From the human T2T-CHM13v2.0 reference genome, Homo sapiens, in NCBI RefSeq assembly GCF_009914755.1, contig NC_060928.1: a stretch of DNA of 64,000 nucleotides; one strand, 5' to 3'. Every line of letters begins with the position of its first letter. Position 1 is the first letter of the stretch. Below are positions 54,438 through 64,000 of this stretch, in pieces. Under the pieces are notes generated by a model. The model did not search any database and was not told where the DNA came from. It was given only the letters and a program-made list of their open reading frames with translations. The translations under genes were made by a program, and so were the position numbers.

Positions 54438-56674
54438 TTAGTATACATGACACAGGTGACGCCACCCTAACACAAAAGCTGCTGGACTAAGGCTGGAGCC
54501 GATGAGTTATTCTTGGCTTCTAAAATCAGAGTCTTCTATCAATTCCTCAGAGGACAATAATGTTGAGTGAAAAGATCCCTTCACACCCTTTGCCTTCCAA
54601 TTCAACCAGCGGAGAAACTTTTATTTTGATTCTAGGTTTGCATTGTTCCTGGTGGTCATGGGATCATTGCCTCCTTCCTTTGCTTTGATGCCCACGGGTG
54701 TCACACAGGGTTCATAAGCACAGCACACTGAGCTTCTCCAAGGCTACTGATGAAAACACCCTTAAGATTTTTATGTTCTTTTAAGGCCTCTGATGTTCTA
54801 AGTGCCTATTATAATAATGAAGGCATATGGCTAGATCATGATTAGACTACAGATAAAGAAATACTGGATTCTTTTCCCTGGGCCTTTTTCTAAAATATTT
54901 TGTGGTTGCAGAAATATTTGGGGCCACTGTGTTCTTTACTGAACCAGATTACATGGCAGATGCATGGGGTATTTAGAATTTTATGAGCATCCTAAATCAA
55001 ATGCCTGCAGAATGCAAATCTCAATTTCATAATGGTCCTGCGAGACATTTAGGATAATGGATCCTCAATTAGGCCTTACTGGCATTCCCGGAAGGGAGAA
55101 CAACCTTTCCCGGCAGCAAGAGGCATTCAAGGGTAATAATGCTTCCCAACATTTAAGACACTAAAAAACAAAGAATTTACTTCTGCTTGGTGCCTCTTGA
55201 CCAAGCAGCACCACTGAAGCTTTTCATTCAATTAAGAGCAATCTCAGTAATTATAGTAATAGCCACAGGCAGCCATTCTGGGGAGGTTTGTTCCAGACAG
55301 TGAGGGCACAAAATTAAATAAGCCATGGAGGCTGGCCTCAGAAAACTTTTAGAGTTAAAGGAGCATCTGCTTAGTTAATTTTCTTTTTAAGATAAGCTCA
55401 TAGTGTCAGGGCAGGGGGAAAAGGAAGGGAGATGGATGGCAGTCAGGTAGACAGGTAATGGTACTATTCTTTCTCGTTTGTGAAGCTCTGATCTCTAATG
55501 AGATTATAAGTTCACTGAGAAAGGGTCTGCCTTCTGTTTGTTCTGAGACTTGCTGGGGTGGCCTAGCCCCACAAGGGAATCATGGCAGGTGCTCCCTGGA
55601 GCTCGTTGTTTGTGGGGCGATGACAAAAAGCAGAGCCAGATGGAGCTTCAAAACCTACCTCTGCCGTATGCTAGCTGGCCTTAAGGAAGTCACTTCACTT
55701 CCCTGAGCCCGTCTCCTTGTCTAGAAAACAGGGTTGTAAATGGAACACAGGCCAGGGGATTTTTGTGAGGATTAAAAGAAATGTGCAGAAAGTGCTTGGT
55801 GGGCACACTGAAACTGTCCCATAAATGGTAGCAACTGCTATAATTTTAATTACGTATCCTGTGGTCTTGTATAAGAAATAATCCACATGAGAATGAGTCT
55901 CCGGACTCCCCATGGGCTTGGGAGATATAAAGGGTTGCTGAGCTCTTCAGAGAGAGAAGTGCATCTTACCTAATACATGATCCTCTAAATTTCTTGAGCC
56001 TCCAAGTCCTTCCCTCCCCAGGGCTCTGACTGGGATGTCCACCACCCTCACCCCGGGTGAAACCCCACCACTCGCATTTTCTAATGGGACAACCAGTGGG
56101 CACCACAGCCACTCACCTAAGCTCTGGGAGCAATTCACTGGTTTCAAGGCAGAGCTAAGAAAAGAATGCTCTTTCAGTAAGAACCAACCTCTGCATATTT
56201 ATTTTATAAACCAATGTTTATATTGGTTTATAAAATAGAAAAGAATATTTCCCAGATGTCCTTCTTAATTACTTTTAAGCTTTAAAATCTCATTACATGC
56301 CTGGTTTGATAATTATAACTAGTATTCCAGAAACCACTAATGACATCAAAATTGCAAATTATCAAGTATTTGGCTCACGAAGGTCCAGTCTTCAACTTAA
56401 AAATAAACGTGGACTGCTTTACAAATTTGCATATCATCTGTACACAGGAGTCATGCGAACCTTCTATGCATTGTTCCAATTTTAGTATATGTGCTGCCTG
56501 GTCTAAGCGAGCACTTCAAATTCTAATGAACATAAACTGGGGTTAACATATATCAGGTCATGGCCTCCTTGTACAATTTGCTCTCATAAGATTATCCTGG
56601 TGCTAATGTCAGATTTTTATCTCGTTCTCTACAAAGTTCACTCTCGTAGTTCACCAGCTCCAAGGAGACACTCA

Positions 56675-56926
<252 letters not shown>

Positions 56927-57384
56927 TTAGTTTTTCTCATGTCATGTATGTGTTTAAAATATGGTAAGATTCTTCAACAAGCATGAATATAGCCAAGACC
57001 ATCGAAAAGCAATTACTTAACAAAACAGCAAGCTGTGAGCACTGACTTTAATGAGATGGTACTGAAGTCAAGCCAGTTTCCTTCTTCCACTTACTTTACT
57101 TAAAGTAGATCAAGTGATTAAAATGCATGGTGTGCAGACTACGTGCCAGGCACTTTTATAAATAGTAACTCATTTATTTCACTGAGGTAGATATTCTCAT
57201 TCCCCATTTTGCTAACAGCGACCCGGAGGCTCACAGAGATTCAATTAATTGCCCATGGGTCTTTTAAAGAAAGCTCTGGTAACGGGATTGAAATTCGGGT
57301 GCATCTGACTCTAAAGTCCCCCTTACATGCTTTTGGGAAAATAAATAATAATAATAATTTCTCCCTCTAAGAAATGGTATTCAG

Positions 57385-57682
57385 GGCCGGGCACAGTGGC
57401 TCACACCTGTAATCCCAGCACTTTGGGAGTCTGAGGTGGGAGGATCACCTGAGGTCAGAAGTTCGAGACCAGCCTGACCAACATGGCAAAACCCCATCTC
57501 TACTAAAAATACAAAAATTACCCAGCTGTGGTGGCGCATGCCTGTAACTCGGGAGGCTGAGGCAGAAGAATCACTTGAACCTGGGAGGCAGAGGTTTCAG
57601 TGAGCCAAGATTGTGCCATTCATTGTACTCCAGCCTGGGTGACATAGCAAGACTCGCTCTCAAAAAAAAAAAAAAAAAAAAA
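57385..57682 (+). mobile_element. AluS
   Basis: Alu consensus. Confidence 0.92.
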
Positions 57683-58230
57683 GTCTTCAGGAACAGAGTA
57701 ATTCTCAAGGCCCATTTAAAAAACAAACAAACAAACAGAAAAACACAAGTGACTCTGGGTGATATTTTTGTTAAAATTTTACCTGACTGATACAAATTGA
57801 GACATCTTAGGAAGTACATCTGTGTCTTTTCTATGCAAAAACCAATAGTAGTCTCAGTGGCCAGTTTCTTTTGCTCAGTCGTAATTTCTCAGACAGGAGT
57901 TAAGTTCAAAGAAAACCAGTTTTCTGGAGAGTGTCCATCACAACAGGTCCTAAAATCAACTAACCTTGGGTGCAGGATTTCACCTGAACCAACGCTCACA
58001 TGAGTTCTGAAGGTGGCTGTATCCAAGTGATTCTTGACACGGACATACTAAGAACACACTAATCAGTTAAAAGTCCACTGATCCTGCAAGAGAGGTAAAT
58101 CTCTTTGCAGCAGCAGAGAGACAAGATTAGCAGTTCTCAAAATATTATCCTGAGGCTCCCGGTGAACTTCAGGTAGAGAACAGAATGGTAGCTTGGTCCA
58201 AAACGTAATCACATAAAAATGGCAAGAAAC

Positions 58231-58525
58231 TTTTTGTTTTCTTTTTGAGACAGGATCTCTCTGTATTGCCCAGGCTGGAGTGCAGTGGCACGATCATGGC
58301 TCACTGCAGGCTCAACCTCCTGGGCTCAAGGATCCTCCCACCTCAGCCTCCCAAGTAGCTGGGACTACAGGTGTGTACCACCATGTTCAGCTAATTTTTT
58401 ATGATTTTACTTTTTGTAGAGATGGGAAGATGGAATCTCACCATGTTGCTCCTGGGCTCAAGATATCCTCCTGCCTCAGCCTCCCAAAGTGCTGGGATTA
58501 TAGCAGTGAGCCACCACACCCGGCC
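58231..58525 (-). mobile_element. AluJ-like
   Basis: Diverged Alu consensus. Confidence 0.88.
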
Positions 58526-59674
58526 CTGGAAACTTTTTTAAAGTTTGTTTTTCACATAGCTATGACATCTAGAAATCAAAGACACAGAAGCGAGCAACAG
58601 AGTGTCAGGTGTTTGGGTGTGACTCGTTAAGAAAGGACTGTTACTCCTTGGGGGCTCATTGCCTTCTCCAAATGGCTCGTGTGTGAAAACACCTGAGGAT
58701 CCTTGGCCAAAAATGACTCAGTGGGTCTCTTGGTTACTTCTGAGATTTTGAGAGATGGGGAATGCAGCCTTCCCATGTTCTAGGAGCAGCTCCTAGGGCC
58801 CCTGCCTGCTTCTCAGCCTGGCTTGCCCTCACGCACGACATGGCTCCGTGACTTTGCTGCTCTGACAACTCTCTATGTGGCTGGTGTCCTCTCTTGGCAT
58901 ATACCCTCTTCAAACCTCTCTCGATGTCCCCTTTTCCAGGCAGCCTCCCACTAGCCTCTCCTCACCTTGTTTCCCTGACACAAACCTGGTCATGGTGCCA
59001 GAGTGTGACAACAAGTCTGTGTACACATGGCTGGCTAAAGGACAAGCAGAACTCATGGCTTATGCATCTCACAGCCCAGTGCCTGGCAGAGCCTGGCACA
59101 GAGTTGGCACTAAATAATTTGTTCAGGTTGGGATGAGACAACCTAAACACGAGAGCAAAGGACATGAAACTGAACACCTGCTATCCAGGCTGACAGAGCG
59201 GCACTGGCCCGGCTCTAGGAAGACACTGGCTTGTGCTCAGGCAATGGCACCATGCACCATGGGCCGCACTCAATGCACGCAGCACAATTTGCTGTGTCAG
59301 ACTTACAAGGAAGGGCTGCATGTATGGGCAGGAGAGGTCCAGAGAGGGGAAACCAAAAAATTAAACACAGAGATTAGTGAGCAGGTGGCTGTCAGACATA
59401 CAGCATGCATCAGCCTTCAGAGGTTAGCACATCAAAGTCTGAACCCTGTCCTTAATATCTTAATATTTTCAAGTAGAATCTTATATTATGCAAAAGGAAA
59501 CCCACAAAACATCTAAAGTGTCATGTAGCAAGATAAAACACTTTTCTACTCAAACTCTTCATGGGTCAAAAGAACACTATTAGGGAAAAATAATCAAGTA
59601 TCTCTAACATAATATTTTAAAACCACTTACTCAACAGTTAAAAGCAGCACTAAAATGATTTTTAAAAGAAATAG

Positions 59675-60061
<387 letters not shown>

Positions 60062-60313
60062 TAACCTTGCACAAAGAACTGCTTCCACTGCATTCTCTCC
60101 CTCTGTACGTTCACCCCAAATCCCATAACCCAAATACAGCATGATTCAGTAATTTGGGTAGAATCCTCTCTACATTGATTCTGTCTCTCCAAAATTGTAA
60201 GCAACCTAAGGAGCCTAAAATACTACTGCCTCAGCATCAGTGGACAGACTAAAATCTTCCTAATAGACAAAATAAATTCTTTTACACAGTATTCCTTTAA
60301 AAAGTTTGATTTG

Positions 60314-60623
60314 GGCCAGGCACGGTGGCTCACGCCTATAATCCCAGCACTTTGGGAGGCCGAGGCAGGTAGATCATGAGGTCAGGAGATCGAGACCATC
60401 CTGGCTAACACAGTGAAACCCCATCTCTACTAAAAATACAAAAAAATTAGCCGGGTGTGGTGGCGGGCACCTGTAGTCCCAGCTACTCAGGAGGCTGAGG
60501 CAGGAGAAAGGCGTGAACCCGGGAGGCGGAGCTTGCAGTGAGCCGAGATTGTGCCACTGCATTCCAGCCTGAGCGACAGAGCGAGACTCCATCTCAAAAA
60601 AAAAAAAAAAAAAAAACAACAAA
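60314..60623 (+). mobile_element. AluY
   Basis: 'ggcgtgaacccgggaggcggagcttgcagtg' diagnostic. Confidence 0.93.
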
Positions 60624-60979
60624 CTTTGATCTTAAGTTTGTTTAGAAAATATAATAATCTACAGTTTTTCTCTTCAGTGAAAATCAGAATGAGTTTCCAA
60701 ACTGTGGCTGCTGTAAGATCTGAAGGCGCACACTCTGGGGACCTGGATCACACTGTGGCTGTCAACCATGTGGCAGCTGCTGGCTGGGCTGGATGATGTT
60801 TATCAGTGTTCAATAACAGGTTTGTTCTTGTTTTTAAATGTCCGAATGACACAATTGTAAAGCTCTGATATTTGTTTAGTTTTGACAGCTTTAATGAGAA
60901 ACTGTTTTTTTAAGAGGAAAAGAACAATGCAATACTTGGCAACACATTTCTCTGTACTGACCTACCAATCACAAAATCA

Positions 60980-61075
<96 letters not shown>

Positions 61076-61366
61076 TCAAAATAAAAGGATGTACACAGTT
61101 AAGTCAAAGACTAGTTGACTAGTCACTCATTTTGCAACTCAGTACGAGTAGAGAGGCAAAATAAAAATATAACATTCATCTTAAGGGTGAAATGATCATT
61201 ATATGGTCATCAAGAGTCTAAAAAAATCCCCTTTAGAGAGCATTGTCTTTAAATTATATCAATCAAAGGTCGTGTTAGAAGTTTTTCATATAGGGGGTCC
61301 CCATAATTTTAAAATCAACATATTTACACAGAGCCTAGGTACTATTATGGGTACATACATCTATAC

Positions 61367-61575
61367 CAGTGGTTCTCAACTGGGAGAAATTTTGTTCTCA
61401 ACTAGGGTATGTTTGGCAAAGTCTGGAGACATTTTGGTTATCACAGTTGTGGGGTGCTGCTGGGATTGTGTGGGGAGATGCCAGGGATGCTAATAAATAC
61501 CCAACCATGCACAGGAGAGCCCCCGCCGCTAACAGCCATGCACAGTGTCACCAGTGCTGAGGTTAAGAGACACTG
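61367..61575. mobile_element. MER20 hAT DNA transposon
   Basis: cagtggttctcaac ... gttaagagacactg TIRs. Confidence 0.85.
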
Positions 61576-62280
61576 ATCGGTACACTATCCCATGGGCAGA
61601 CAGAAAGTGAATTTCTAAAAACAGAATCTTACTTTCTAATTAAAAATAAAATTAGAAATATAGTCTAAACGAAAAAAAAAATGTCCTAAAGCATGGCTTA
61701 CAGAGGATACAACTGTGGTGAGGATAAAACAAAAACAAAAAACAACCGTGCCGAGCGATAGGGCTTTGGGGCTAAACCCCCCATGAGAGGGAAATATCAT
61801 TATTTCCAAATAATTCAACTAAACGTGCAGCCTTTCCTCTGGAAGAGGTTTAGTGGGTGTTTCTTCACTGTCTGCTGGTGTACTTAGCCGTCTGCCAGGG
61901 AAAAGTACAGCACTTTCAGCCTTCATAAGACTTATGGTGCCAGCCAGTTTCCACCTTAGCCTAGCTACATCAGATGTCACAAAATGAACATCCATGACTT
62001 CCGTTTCCTCCAAGGAGACTAAGCTACTCAGCACACCGGTGCTTGTGTTGGTTTTCTATATGCCTGACTCCTTGACATTCATCTGTGTCTGGACTTGCAG
62101 ATGTCATGGGGGGTTTCACAGCTGGAAGGTGTCTTACAGATCTCCCGGTTCAATGCCTTCTTTAACAAATGAAGTAACACCAGAGTGCAAAGACCAAGAA
62201 ATTTGGAATAACTTGTTTAAGGGACCACTTACTTTGTCGGTAAGTAAGTGTCTGGTAAACACATGTAGACAAGTGTTTAA

Positions 62281-62409
62281 TCCATTTATGCTGAAGGTTG
62301 CAAATATTTTTTGTGAAAAATCAGAACCTGATGATGACATTTGGCAGTAGGATATAAATAACTCCCACAAGCTTAGCGTTCCAATAATAGAACACTAGGC
62401 ATAAATGGG
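62281..62409. mobile_element. MER85 piggyBac MITE
   Basis: TTAA TSDs (62277-62280, 62410-62413), TIR ccatttatgc / gcataaatggg, internal palindrome gttccaataatagaac. Confidence 0.9.
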
Positions 62410-62550
62410 TTAATAGAGATTTGAGACTTTTTACATCCATCCTAAAAGACAGAGTTAAGAATAAAACTATTCTCTCATTTTCCCATAGGCCCAGGCACTC
62501 TACTGAACCATAATCTAAAAAGAAATATTTATTGCATACTCAGTATCTAT

Positions 62551-62727
<177 letters not shown>

Positions 62728-62787
62728 TAAAAAGGGTTTGACCTAGTCAAGAAGCCCAGGAAAGGTCTGTTAAGAAGGTGATATATG

Positions 62788-63447
<660 letters not shown>

Positions 63448-63867
63448 CAACTAAGTAGCTAGCTACTTGGAGGGGGGAAAAGAAGAGAGTGCCAAGCAGA
63501 GGGAAGAGCATGTGCAAATGCGTGAAGGTGGGTAAGAGCAAAAAGAAAACCAGTATAGCTGACTCACTGGCAGAGGGGGACAGCATTTTGTATCAGAATC
63601 AGTGTGGGGTTCAACATCACACCCACTAAATTCTGAGGCCTAGGAAAGCAGAGGTCATGTTCTTCTTGATCTCTCATGGTCTTAGCATGCCACTTCACAC
63701 ATCATAGATGCTTAACAAAAATTCTGGGAACTGGAAGGATGAACACAATTGCCTGGAAGGTAATAGCTATCACCCTTCTTGGCAACCTTTCTCTAGAATT
63801 TCACTGCTTTTTTGCTATTTCCTATTTTCTTATGTACTAGTCCACCCTTTAAAATGATATAAAATCA

Positions 63868-63999
<132 letters not shown>

Positions 64000-64000
64000 A

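Overview
Human (or great-ape) genomic DNA, recognisable from exon translations as chr4p15.32. The minus strand carries the 3' two-thirds of PROM1/CD133: 18 coding exons from L335 to the stop, each located by hand with GT-AG ends, plus the non-coding terminal exon. Summed from c.1003, the exon lengths close at c.2598 (865 aa). About 5 kb downstream on the same strand lies the complete two-exon FGFBP2/KSP37 gene. The rest is intron or intergenic DNA full of primate repeats: about 30 Alus, a full-length THE1 element with a nested HML-5-type LTR plus PBS, MLT/MST LTRs, MER1, MER20, MER58, MER85, Tigger, MADE1, L1 and L2. Nearly all ORF-track entries are repeat-derived noise. I find no prokaryote-type system and no new protein-coding gene. 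The best signals are at the RNA and splicing level: an 83-bp intronic fold-back whose three mismatches are all G-U wobbles on the PROM1 strand; a 12-nt microexon beside a dead 18-nt donor; further in-frame microexon candidates; a latent 155-nt pseudoexon; and a splice acceptor in the FGFBP2 leader that could join PROM1 to FGFBP2. Repeat subfamily names, reference sequences and literature statements are from memory and were not checked against databases. Repeat boundaries are approximate unless TSDs are quoted.
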